Shown one piece after another: positions 30,347-38,781 of a DNA stretch of 64,000 nucleotides. The stretch's first letter is position 1, and each line of letters opens with the position of its first letter. Below the pieces are notes generated by a model that saw only the letters and a program-made list of their open reading frames with translations, was not told where the DNA came from and made no database searches. The stretch is from Patescibacteria group bacterium (GTDB lineage: Bacteria; Patescibacteriota; UBA1384; XYA2-FULL-43-10; 1-14-0-10-43-13): the NCBI GenBank assembly GCA_041671645.1, contig JBAZBD010000001.1, positions 479,234 through 543,233 of the forward strand. The letters run 5' to 3'. A program made the translations under genes and the position numbers.

Positions 30347-31120
30347 ATGGAAAAATTTCTACAATTAATTCATGTTGACCAGATCAGTCATTATTTTTCT
30401 GTCGGGATTAAGTCTCTAATGCCGACTAGTTTTAACGCTGGCAGGTATGAAATATTCATACTTATTATTTTAATATTTGCATTGGCCTCCGCTGTTGATT
30501 TTTTCTTGGTTCGATCGTTTTTTGGCAAAAATTACCGTCTCTTCGTAGCTCCTGGAGTTATCATTCATGAAATGTCGCACTTTTTGGCTTGTCTTTTGAC
30601 CGGCGCCAAAGTAACCAAGGTTGTCGTATTCGATACATCTGGCGGGAGCGTAGAGCATGAAAAGCCGAGAATTCCAGTGATCGGTCAGGTCTTGATCTCT
30701 TTTGCACCCTTCATCATCGGCACCGGTATCATATATTTTATGTCCCTGCATTTGGGTCTCAAACCGGTTAACCTCAAGGAAATCGATCTTTCTGTCGGTG
30801 GTATTCTTTCCTATGCCAAGTCGATGGTATCACCAATCAATTTTGCTGATTGGAAAAACTGGCTGATCTTCTACATCGTCTTGAATGTAATTGTGACGAT
30901 GACGCCGAGCAAGCAGGACTTCAAGAACATGGCTTTGCTATTGATTCTAATTCTCGTCGTGCTTGTTGCCGCTTTTAAATTCTTGCCCATGGCCGGATAC
31001 TTTAGTTTTGTCCCGGTCGAGAAGATTACCATCCTGCTATCGTCAATAGTTTTATTGTTGATTTTTGCCCTGCTATTCAGTATTGTTTTATTCGCAGTGT
31101 CCAAGATTTTTAAAAAATAA
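30347..31120 (+). CDS. M50-like membrane zinc metallopeptidase
   Basis: PGVIIHEMSH HExxH in TM context; PSKQD motif. Confidence 0.8.
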   Translation: MEKFLQLIHVDQISHYFSVGIKSLMPTSFNAGRYEIFILIILIFALASAVDFFLVRSFFGKNYRLFVAPGVIIHEMSHFLACLLTGAKVTKVVVFDTSGGSVEHEKPRIPVIGQVLISFAPFIIGTGIIYFMSLHLGLKPVNLKEIDLSVGGILSYAKSMVSPINFADWKNWLIFYIVLNVIVTMTPSKQDFKNMALLLILILVVLVAAFKFLPMAGYFSFVPVEKITILLSSIVLLLIFALLFSIVLFAVSKIFKK

Positions 31121-31137
31121 GTTTGATTGGAGATACA

Positions 31138-31443
31138 ATGGTTGATTTTGGAAAAATGAAAGATCTGTACGAATTACAGAAAAAGGCCAGAGCGGTACAA
31201 AAGGAACTGAAGGATGTTGAAGTTGAAGCTTCCAGCAATGACGGCTGGGTTACTGTAGTTTTTAACGGCGAACAACACATGACAGAGGTCAATATTGCTG
31301 AAGAAGCACTTCGACCAGAAAACAAGCGTGAAATTGAGAAAGATTTGAAGAATACGATTTCGCAGGCAATCTCTCGAGCCCAAGCAGTTGCGGCTGAGAA
31401 AATGAAGGATATCGCGGGCGGAATGGGAATACCAGGACTTTAG
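31138..31443 (+). CDS. YbaB/EbfC nucleoid-associated protein
   Basis: AVQKELKD...GWVTVVFNG, C-terminal GGMGIPGL. Confidence 0.88.
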   Translation: MVDFGKMKDLYELQKKARAVQKELKDVEVEASSNDGWVTVVFNGEQHMTEVNIAEEALRPENKREIEKDLKNTISQAISRAQAVAAEKMKDIAGGMGIPGL

Positions 31444-31532
31444 GCCTAGAAATTTCTAATTAATAATTTTTGATTTCTAATCAATTTATAATTATTAATT
31501 AATAATTGAATAAAAACTAAGAAATAGAAATT

Positions 31533-32135
31533 ATGAAAATAATCGTAGGTCTTGGCAATCCGGGTAAGCAGTATGAAGGCACTCGCCACAATGCCGGTTT
31601 TGTATTTGTTGATGCACTCTCGAAATCAGACGAAATTACAGCAATAGGGGAGACACTTAATTTCAAGGCCGTAGCTAAGTTTGAAGCTGAAATTGCTGAG
31701 ACTCAACTCAACGGCGAGAAGCTTATAGTGATCAAGCCGCAAACCTATATGAACTTATCTGGCAATTCTGTGGCGATGGTAATGCAATACTACAAAGCTG
31801 AGATTGCTGATCTTGTCGTGGTGTCTGATGATATCGATTTGCCTGTTGGTACAGCTCGAATTCGTCATGAGGGCTCGAGCGGCGGACAAAAAGGTTTGCA
31901 AAATATTATTGATATTCTTAGGTCGGATTCATTCTCGCGTCTCCGAATCGGAGTCAAGTCAGAGCTGAGTGGTGAGACTGATAATCCGACTTTTGACGCG
32001 GCCAATTTTGTCCTCAGCAAATTTTCAAAACAGGAAAAAGAACAGATCAATCAGATAATCGCCGAGTCGATCAAGTATCTCTTGCTTCATCTGGGTCAAA
32101 AGCAAGAGATCCCTGCTCACACCATCGAGATCTAA
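31533..32135 (+). CDS. pth: Peptidyl-tRNA hydrolase
   Basis: IVGLGNPG, TRHNAG, KPQTYMNLSG. Confidence 0.96.
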   Translation: MKIIVGLGNPGKQYEGTRHNAGFVFVDALSKSDEITAIGETLNFKAVAKFEAEIAETQLNGEKLIVIKPQTYMNLSGNSVAMVMQYYKAEIADLVVVSDDIDLPVGTARIRHEGSSGGQKGLQNIIDILRSDSFSRLRIGVKSELSGETDNPTFDAANFVLSKFSKQEKEQINQIIAESIKYLLLHLGQKQEIPAHTIEI

Positions 32136-32189
32136 ATAGTTGCTAAACTGATCAGAAAATGCTATAAATATAGTCTAATAATTTTATTT

Positions 32190-32225
32190 GTGGGAGCTTG
32201 TTTAGTCGACAAGTGTTATGACCAC
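32190..32225 (+). promoter_or_regulatory. Putative L1-binding leader hairpin
   Basis: GTGGGAG-CTTGTT..GACAAG-..GACCAC directly upstream of rplA, resembling the L1 autoregulatory site. Confidence 0.55.
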
Positions 32226-32245
32226 GATCCTCCGTCGCTAAAGCT

Positions 32246-33127
32246 ATGGAGGACAAGAGGAGACAGATGCGTAATGAAATGAAGTCCGCCTCTGGCGGAT
32301 CACAGAAGAAGGAACAGGACAAAGACGAGAAAATCGTCGAGCAGATCGAGGAAGAAGCCAAAGAGGAATTGACTGAGGCTGAGATCTTGAAGCAGGCCGA
32401 GGAACGTGAAAAAGAGCGCAAAGAGCTCGAAAAAGAAGAAAAAGCTGAGGCAAAGGCCTTGGCCAAAGAGCAAAAGGCTGAGGACCGCGAGGGAAAACTA
32501 GCTCGTAAAGCGACCGTTCGTGTCAAACCACGACATAGCAAAAAATACCGTGCTATCGCTGAGAAAGTAGAAGCTGGCAAAGAATACTCCGTTTCTGAAG
32601 CCATTGATTTGGCCCTAGAGACCAACCCTGCCAAATTTGATGCTACTGTTGAACTTCATGTTAAATTGAACGACAAAGAGAAAAATATTCGTGGTATGGT
32701 CGTCCTTCCTGGTGGCGTGACCAAAGAGAAGAAGGTTCTCGAAGTTACCGCAGAGAATGTTGACCAGGTAGTCAATGATGTTAAGTCTGGCAAAGTCGAC
32801 TTCGATATTATGATTGCAGATATGAAAGTGATGCCAAAGCTCGCAGTATTGGCCAAGGTCTTGGGTCCAAAGGGACTTATGCCTTCACCAAAAGCCGGCA
32901 CAGTTGTCGAGGACGTGAAGAAGGCAGCCGCCGAAATGAAGGGTGGCAAAGTTGAATTCCGTGCCGACAAACAGAACATCGTTCACATGGCTCTCGGCAA
33001 AATCTCATTTGGCGCCGAAAAAGTCAAAATGAATTATCAGGCTGTTATCGATCATATGCCAAAGAGAATCGATTCTATCTATCTTACAACTTCGATGGGT
33101 CCAAGCGTCAAAGTCGCCAAGAAATAA
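32246..33127 (+). CDS. rplA: 50S ribosomal protein L1 with long charged N-terminal extension (true start may be 32267)
   Basis: KFDATVE, LGPKGLMPSPKAGTV, GKVEFRADK, TTSMGP. Confidence 0.95.
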   Translation: MEDKRRQMRNEMKSASGGSQKKEQDKDEKIVEQIEEEAKEELTEAEILKQAEEREKERKELEKEEKAEAKALAKEQKAEDREGKLARKATVRVKPRHSKKYRAIAEKVEAGKEYSVSEAIDLALETNPAKFDATVELHVKLNDKEKNIRGMVVLPGGVTKEKKVLEVTAENVDQVVNDVKSGKVDFDIMIADMKVMPKLAVLAKVLGPKGLMPSPKAGTVVEDVKKAAAEMKGGKVEFRADKQNIVHMALGKISFGAEKVKMNYQAVIDHMPKRIDSIYLTTSMGPSVKVAKK

Positions 33128-33185
33128 GAAAGCTAGTAAGCACTAAAGAATGCCGCCGAAGCAGAAATGCCGAGGCGGTTTTTTG

Positions 33186-33375
33186 TTGACACATCAGACA
33201 ATTCTTGCTATATTAAATACATCCCAAGACCACCAGCCTTCGCTGAAGCTACGGCCGGCAAGCCAGCTAAGCGAAATAAGCCTTGTGCAGGAATACAATT
33301 CAGTTTATAAAGTTCATCAAGTTGAAAGTTATAAAGTTTATTGTGCATCCTGCGCTGGTCGCAGGAATTTTCGTT
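33186..33375 (+). promoter_or_regulatory. Promoter and probable L10 leader of rplJ-rplL
   Basis: TTGACA-17-TATATT, then CCAAGAC...TAA...GCAGG/CCTGC stems upstream of rplJ. Confidence 0.55.
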
Positions 33376-33421
33376 TTTACTCCCATAATTCATAATTCTT
33401 AATTCATAATTCGGATAAAAA

Positions 33422-33943
33422 ATGGCAAAGACAAAAGCAAAAAAGGCAGAGTTGATCGACGCTCTCGACATTCAGCTTCAAAACGCCAAATCAGCAGTCA
33501 TTGTTGATTACAAGGGCATGAAGGTGAAGGAAAGTGAAGAGCTTCGCAACATTTTACGCACCAAGGGTGTTCAGTTCCACGTGACCAAGAATACTTTGGT
33601 CAAGATCGCGCTGACCAAACATGGTATCGAATTTGACAATGAGATGTTCAAGAAACCAGTCGCTATCGCTTTCGCGATGGAAGACGAAGTCGCTCCAGCC
33701 AAAGAAATCGAACTTTATGCCAAGAAACATGAAGCAGTCGAGATCTTGGGCGGAATGCTTGAGAACAAGATGATTGATGCGGCTATGGTCAAGAGATTGG
33801 CACAGCTTCCAAGCAAAGATCAGATGCGCGCTCAATTGGTTGGCACATTGGCTGCTCCACTTTCTGGATTCGTCAATGTTATGGCTGGCAACTTGCGCGG
33901 CTTGGTACAGGTGCTTAAGGCTTACGGAGACAAACAAGCCTAA
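33422..33943 (+). CDS. rplJ: 50S ribosomal protein L10
   Basis: VDYKGM, VTKNTL, LPSKDQM; position between rplA and rplL. Confidence 0.95.
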   Translation: MAKTKAKKAELIDALDIQLQNAKSAVIVDYKGMKVKESEELRNILRTKGVQFHVTKNTLVKIALTKHGIEFDNEMFKKPVAIAFAMEDEVAPAKEIELYAKKHEAVEILGGMLENKMIDAAMVKRLAQLPSKDQMRAQLVGTLAAPLSGFVNVMAGNLRGLVQVLKAYGDKQA

Positions 33944-34082
33944 CCAGAAAAGGATAACCCCAAAGGGGACCCTTTGGGTCGGATCGAACAGATAAGCAGA
34001 TGGTACGAAAATCTGTTATCAGTAAAATCTGCCATCCGTTTCTGAATAATTTATTTATAAGAAATTAATATTAGGAGTTAAC

Positions 34083-34496
34083 ATGGAAGAGAAAACAGAA
34101 GTTGTTGTCCCAGAGAAATTCAAGGATCTCGTAGAGAAAATTGAAAAACTCTCAGTGCTTGATCTATCAGAACTTGTCAAAGTTCTTGAAGACAAATTTG
34201 GTGTTTCTGCTGCTGCCCCAATGATGATGGGCGCTATGCCTGCCGCTGGTGGTGCCGCTGCTGCTGAGCCAGAAGAGGAAAAGACTGCATTTGACCTTAT
34301 CCTTACCGCTGCTGGTGCACAGAAAATCGGTGTGATCAAAGCTGTTCGCGAGATCAAACCTGACCTAGGCCTCAAAGAAGCCAAGGACTTGGTTGACGCC
34401 GCTCCAAAAGAAGTTTTGAAGGGTGCCAAGAAAGAGGACGTCGAAGCTGCTAAAGCCAAATTAGAGGCCGCAGGCGCAACTGTCGAAGTAAAATAA
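34083..34496 (+). CDS. rplL: 50S ribosomal protein L7/L12
   Basis: [29 protein letters not shown]. Confidence 0.98.
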   Translation: MEEKTEVVVPEKFKDLVEKIEKLSVLDLSELVKVLEDKFGVSAAAPMMMGAMPAAGGAAAAEPEEEKTAFDLILTAAGAQKIGVIKAVREIKPDLGLKEAKDLVDAAPKEVLKGAKKEDVEAAKAKLEAAGATVEVK

Positions 34497-34542
34497 TTAT
34501 TCAGCATATAAGCTAATAAGCTCGTAAGCTGGTAAAAAATAG

Positions 34543-34569
34543 AAAAGAGTCCCGAAGGGGGCTCTTTTT
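34543..34569 (+). terminator. Intrinsic terminator after rplL
   Basis: AAAAGAGTCCC-GAAG-GGGGCTCTTTTT. Confidence 0.8.
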
Positions 34570-34631
34570 GTTATGCAAGTCAATTCCTCCTTGTCAAAAT
34601 AGTCTAAAAGTGGTAAAAGGATTGAAGTGAG

Positions 34632-35318
34632 GTGACTGTAATGAACATAGACTCAAAAATCGTGAGAACGATTCGCGAAGAGACTGGGTATTTTCGAACC
34701 ACCTTGATTGGTTTGCCCTATGAGGATTTGCCTGAGCCCGCTCAGGGATTGCTTCATGCGGTTGATGATCTTCTCAACAAGGCATGTTCACTTGGGTTGA
34801 CTAATTCGTTTGGGGGCCTTGCCCCAGGAGAAACAGAGATTGCAATGCGTTGCATCACCCAGGCGGTGGTGGAAGAAATTAGCCAACTCATGGCCGAATA
34901 TGGCTCCATGATGTCGAGAGGCGCGTATGCAAGCTTAGTGCAGATTGTCGGTCGTCTTAACGGCGTTTCTCAAGTTGAAGGACCATTGCGTCTGAACGAA
35001 AGACATCCCTACAAGCCGATCCCGTATGATTGTCTCCTTGACGAGGAAGCTTCATATCTCGTAGGAATGCAGTTGGTGGGTATGGGTAATCTGATGAAAC
35101 GTGTTCACAACCAGCTTTGCGTTCGCCGACCGGCGCATTTATCTCAAGCTGACGCAGAGGGCGTGTATCTCAGGTTCCAGTTGATAATAAAGTCTGTCAT
35201 GGGCGATATGGCGCACAGGATGACCGACGATGTCTTCAGCGACACTTACTATGATTTGGGCGAGAAAATTACTCGCGTCGTCAAATTATTTGACAAACTT
35301 ATCCTGACCAGGACTTGA
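34632..35318 (+). CDS. Hypothetical helical protein
   Basis: 228-aa ORF with an upstream TTGTCA..TGGTAAAAG promoter-like element; no recognised motif. Confidence 0.6.
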   Translation: MTVMNIDSKIVRTIREETGYFRTTLIGLPYEDLPEPAQGLLHAVDDLLNKACSLGLTNSFGGLAPGETEIAMRCITQAVVEEISQLMAEYGSMMSRGAYASLVQIVGRLNGVSQVEGPLRLNERHPYKPIPYDCLLDEEASYLVGMQLVGMGNLMKRVHNQLCVRRPAHLSQADAEGVYLRFQLIIKSVMGDMAHRMTDDVFSDTYYDLGEKITRVVKLFDKLILTRT

Positions 35319-35375
35319 GGTTTCGACCAAAGCCCTGGTTTTTTAATTAGTCAAAATATGCTATAAGTATATGTT

Positions 35376-36494
35376 ATGAGTTTCAAATTGATCAAAAAAT
35401 TAGACAACGGTGTTCGCGTTGGCGAGCTTACGACGCCTCATGGTGCTATCGAGACGCCCTTTTTCATGCCGGTTGGTACGGTAGGAAGCGTCAAATCTGT
35501 TTCGCCTTGGGAGCTAGAAACTCTTGGCGCGCAGATTGTGCTTTCCAATACTTATCATCTCTATCTTCGCCCAGGCGAGAAATTGGTCAAAGACCTCGGC
35601 GGACTTCACAAGTTCATGGGCTGGGACAAGCCAATTCTGACTGATTCGGGCGGATATCAGGTCTTTAGCTTGGCCAAGAACTCGGATTTGGTCAAAATTA
35701 CCGAGGACGGAGTAGAGTTCAAGTCTCATCTGGACGGCTCGAAGCATTTCTTCACCCCAGAGAAGGTGATTGATATCCAGCTCGATCTTGGTGTCGACAT
35801 ACTGATGCCGCTTGACGTTTGTCCTTCGGGCACGGCGAGCAAGGAAGAGATCGAAGAAGCGGTACGACTGACAATTGCTTGGGCCAAACGAGCCAAAGTA
35901 TATTTTGAATCAAAGGTCTCTGGCCTCCCATCTGGCAAGAGGCCGATGCTCCACGGAATCGTGCAAGGTGGGTTAGATAAAGATCTACGCAAATACTGCG
36001 CCGAGGAACTCATCAAATTAGATTTTGACGGATATTCTGTCGGCGGCCTGGCCGTTGATCTGGAAACTCGCGAGATGTGGGATACTGTTAAGCTGATGGG
36101 GGAGATACTACCGGAAAATAAACAGCGTTATCTTATGGGCGTCGGTACGCCAGATGATATCATCACCGCTACCAAGCTGGGCATGGACATGTTTGATTGT
36201 GTCTTGCCGACGCGACTGGCTCGCCATGGCGCGGTTTACGCGCCAGTCGAAAGTCGAAAGTCGAAAGTCGAAAATAAGAAATATGAACTCATGAATCTTT
36301 TGAATAACAAATTCAGAACCGATGGGGGAGTGATCGACGAAAATTGTGGCTGTGAAGGATGTAAGAGGGGACTGTCCCGTGCCTATATTTCCCACCTACT
36401 TCGCTCCAACGAAATTCTCGGCCTTCACCTAGCCAGCCTGCACAATCTCTGGCAGTACCTCGAACTCATGAGGAAATTGCGCAATAATGCCTAA
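35376..36494 (+). CDS. tgt: tRNA-guanine transglycosylase
   Basis: TPFFMPVGT, TDSGGYQV, GIVQGG, YLMGVG, DMFDCV, CxCxxC zinc site. Confidence 0.96.
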   Translation: MSFKLIKKLDNGVRVGELTTPHGAIETPFFMPVGTVGSVKSVSPWELETLGAQIVLSNTYHLYLRPGEKLVKDLGGLHKFMGWDKPILTDSGGYQVFSLAKNSDLVKITEDGVEFKSHLDGSKHFFTPEKVIDIQLDLGVDILMPLDVCPSGTASKEEIEEAVRLTIAWAKRAKVYFESKVSGLPSGKRPMLHGIVQGGLDKDLRKYCAEELIKLDFDGYSVGGLAVDLETREMWDTVKLMGEILPENKQRYLMGVGTPDDIITATKLGMDMFDCVLPTRLARHGAVYAPVESRKSKVENKKYELMNLLNNKFRTDGGVIDENCGCEGCKRGLSRAYISHLLRSNEILGLHLASLHNLWQYLELMRKLRNNA

Positions 36495-36517
36495 ACCGGC
36501 GTGAGCGTGCGTGGAGA

Positions 36518-36546
36518 GGAGCGGCGTTTAATCACGCCGTTCTTTT
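36518..36546 (+). terminator. Terminator after tgt
   Basis: GAGCGGCGT-TTAATC-ACGCCGTTC-TTTT. Confidence 0.65.
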
Positions 36547-36605
36547 CGTGCATAGCGCTATATCTATAGTATGAGGCTGAGATTAAGCTGGCGTGAATCA
36601 CGCCC

Positions 36606-36634
36606 TTGACACACTATATATGGGATGCTATAAT
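36606..36634 (+). promoter_or_regulatory. Consensus sigma70 promoter, RNA unit 1
   Basis: TTGACA-17 bp-TATAAT with TGn extension. Confidence 0.85.
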
Positions 36635-36639
36635 GCTTA

Positions 36640-36803
36640 GTTCTGAGGGTAGAGAAGAGCTCACCCCCAGAAGGAAAAAATTATACATCCTTTAGACTTT
36701 ACAGACTTTACGACTTCCGACTTCTCTTGCGGTAGCGTGCTGGTAGTAGCTCATGGGTACCCCCTCCACCTGTGAGACCACTATTATCAGCACAGTACCG
36801 CAA
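36640..36803 (+). ncRNA. Structured RNA unit 1 with ACCCCCUCC loop
   Basis: 5' hairpin, then long stem TTGCGGTA/TACCGCAA, GTGCTGGTAGTAG/CTATTATCAGCAC, CTCATGGGT/ACCTGTGAG with G-U pairs. Confidence 0.75.
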
Positions 36804-36830
36804 ATCCAGCACGAATCACGAGTAAGGTGC

Positions 36831-36859
36831 TTGACAAAGTATTTACAACATGGTATAAT
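36831..36859 (+). promoter_or_regulatory. Consensus sigma70 promoter, RNA unit 2
   Basis: TTGACA-17 bp-TATAAT with TGn extension. Confidence 0.85.
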
Positions 36860-36864
36860 GTTCA

Positions 36865-37107
36865 CATGACGATTGGAAATTGAATCGTCGCACCAAACAA
36901 TTTTCTTCACTTAAGTTTCTGCAATCAATCAACGCATACGAGGGTATGAGGGACGATAGATTGAAAGCATATACTACAAAAATGCAGCGGTAGTGTCCTG
37001 CATAATTCACTCTCTTGATTTATCAAGAGAACATGGGTACCCCCTCCACCCGTGTCGAGTTATGCAGAACAGTGCCGCTATTTTTAAACCGAAAGTTCGG
37101 TTTAAAT
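36865..37107 (+). ncRNA. Structured RNA unit 2, homolog of unit 1
   Basis: AGCGGTA/TGCCGCT, CTGCATAATTC/GAGTTATGCAG, ACATGGGT/ACCCGTGT stems, identical loop, extra side hairpin, 3' T-run and hairpin. Confidence 0.75.
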
Positions 37108-37296
37108 AATGGATTACAGATTTTCCAAATTACAGATTACGAATATCCTGAATCCTTAACAGCGACACAAATAGTACTTTAACAACTATATATAGACATT
37201 GTCTCAGCGAAGAGCTGCCAACTATTGGCATCTGCTTGCTGAGACAAAAAAACGAACCCAGCCCGATCCGAATAGGACGGAATTTACATAAGGAGA

Positions 37297-38271
37297 ATGG
37301 CTATGAAAAAGTTATTCACCATCACTTTGACCGCCCTTATCATGTTGGCGGCTGGACTATCACCTGTTTTCGGACAGGTTCCTGCGGACACAACCCCCGC
37401 AACAATCAATTCTATTCCCGTAGATGCAACGAAAATTGAACCTGTCGGAAACGGCAAGCTCAAAATTACGAAGAAAGATGGAGATATTGTTTATATCACC
37501 ATCAGCAATACGCAGAATAACATTTCACCGAAGGCCCAAGTGGCACCACCGGTAATCCAGAAAGTTTACATCACCAAGCGGACTCAGGTTCGCAAGGTGA
37601 GCAATTCTCGACCGGCAGCGAAAGCTCAGCCGAAACCGCAAAGGCAGGCGCTCGTTGCGCCAGAGAAAAAGGAGAAGAATATGGAAAATGTAGCTGTAAC
37701 AGCAATCGTCCTCCCTTGGTGGGGTTGGATAATCGTAGGGATCGCAATTTTCGCAATACTGCGACCACGCGAGTTCAGGACTGCCGTCCGAGCGCTGACC
37801 AATGTAAACCACTTGATCGATGACCGAATTTCGGTCCATCGCCAGGGGTTCGGGTCGCTTACGACTCACACCACTGCGGATTCGGAGACTCGAATTTATG
37901 ATCCCATCGAAAAAACTGAGCTTGAGTGCGAAGCACTCCAAGTGAAGTACGAGAGTCGGGCGCGCATTGTGGAGGCGAAAGCCGATGCAGACATCGCGCG
38001 GAGCTTGCTCCGAGCGAAGATGCTTAAGTCGCTCGAAAGCGACGACACCACTCCTGCACCGCGCCGGCTCGTGCCGGACACTCACAGCGACGAAGAAATG
38101 CGAAGGGCGCGCCGTGAAAAGCGTGCACACGATCGCGAGGAAGCGGAGAAAAAGATCATTGCTGACGAAAAGGCGGCAGAGGATGCCAGGAAGGCAACCG
38201 AAGCCGCTAAGTTAGCGGCAAAGAACAAAAACAAAGGGAACCAGCCACCAGCTGGAGCACAAGTAACTTAA
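37297..38271 (+). CDS. Hypothetical membrane protein (signal peptide, central TM, charged C-terminal coiled coil)
   Basis: AAGGAG RBS; MKKLFTITLTALIMLAAG signal; VLPWWGWIIVGIAIFAIL TM. Confidence 0.7.
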   Translation: MAMKKLFTITLTALIMLAAGLSPVFGQVPADTTPATINSIPVDATKIEPVGNGKLKITKKDGDIVYITISNTQNNISPKAQVAPPVIQKVYITKRTQVRKVSNSRPAAKAQPKPQRQALVAPEKKEKNMENVAVTAIVLPWWGWIIVGIAIFAILRPREFRTAVRALTNVNHLIDDRISVHRQGFGSLTTHTTADSETRIYDPIEKTELECEALQVKYESRARIVEAKADADIARSLLRAKMLKSLESDDTTPAPRRLVPDTHSDEEMRRARREKRAHDREEAEKKIIADEKAAEDARKATEAAKLAAKNKNKGNQPPAGAQVT

Positions 38272-38399
38272 GTAGAGGGGAATCGGCCGACATCACTTGA
38301 TGCCGGCCTTTTCCATACCCAAAAAATTGTATATAATATAAACTAGGTTATAATATATTTATATCAAATATAATCTTTTGAGCTAACGGAGGGAGTCCA

Positions 38400-38780
38400 A
38401 TGGTCAATATTGCTGAAGATCAGCAGGTAAAAGATATCATAGAGAAGGATATTTTTGTTTTGCTAAAAGCAGAAAATCTTTCTGACGAGCAAAAAGCTAT
38501 CCTCATGGCGAAGCTTACGGATGAGGCAAATCTACGGATCCTGATCCATGTTGATGAAATGCTTGCCGACTCTGCCAAGACAGAGTTCAAGCGAATAGTG
38601 AGCGAAGGCGATAGCGAAATGTTATCCGCCTTTTTTGTTGCCAACAATATCGATATTGCGATGATATTTGCTGACATTGCTCTGCAACTGAAAGCGGAAG
38701 TGGTAGCATACAACAATTACCTGACAACTTCTGCCAAAGTTTTGGCTACCTCTGCAAAGCAAGTTAAGGGAGACAAATAA
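38400..38780 (+). CDS. DUF5663-like small helical protein
   Basis: DIFVLLKAENLSDEQKAILM...L pattern recalled from this CPR family; GGAGGGAG RBS. Confidence 0.6.
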   Translation: MVNIAEDQQVKDIIEKDIFVLLKAENLSDEQKAILMAKLTDEANLRILIHVDEMLADSAKTEFKRIVSEGDSEMLSAFFVANNIDIAMIFADIALQLKAEVVAYNNYLTTSAKVLATSAKQVKGDK

Positions 38781-38781
38781 T

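Noticed and set aside
35915-35945. Palindromic insertion in tgt (GLPSGKR)
   Set aside because: The palindrome is too degenerate to support.
36692-36910. 72-aa minus-strand ORF
   Set aside because: Runs antisense across a consensus promoter and RNA hairpin and translates the heptamer repeat; likely spurious.
36752-37050. 19-bp direct repeat as a CRISPR array or attachment-site duplication
   Set aside because: Only two copies, 280 bp apart, both inside homologous hairpins; no cas or integrase gene nearby.
37525-38130. 201-aa minus-strand ORF and other long antisense ORFs in the track
   Set aside because: Shadow frames of well-supported genes on the opposite strand, with no motifs of their own.
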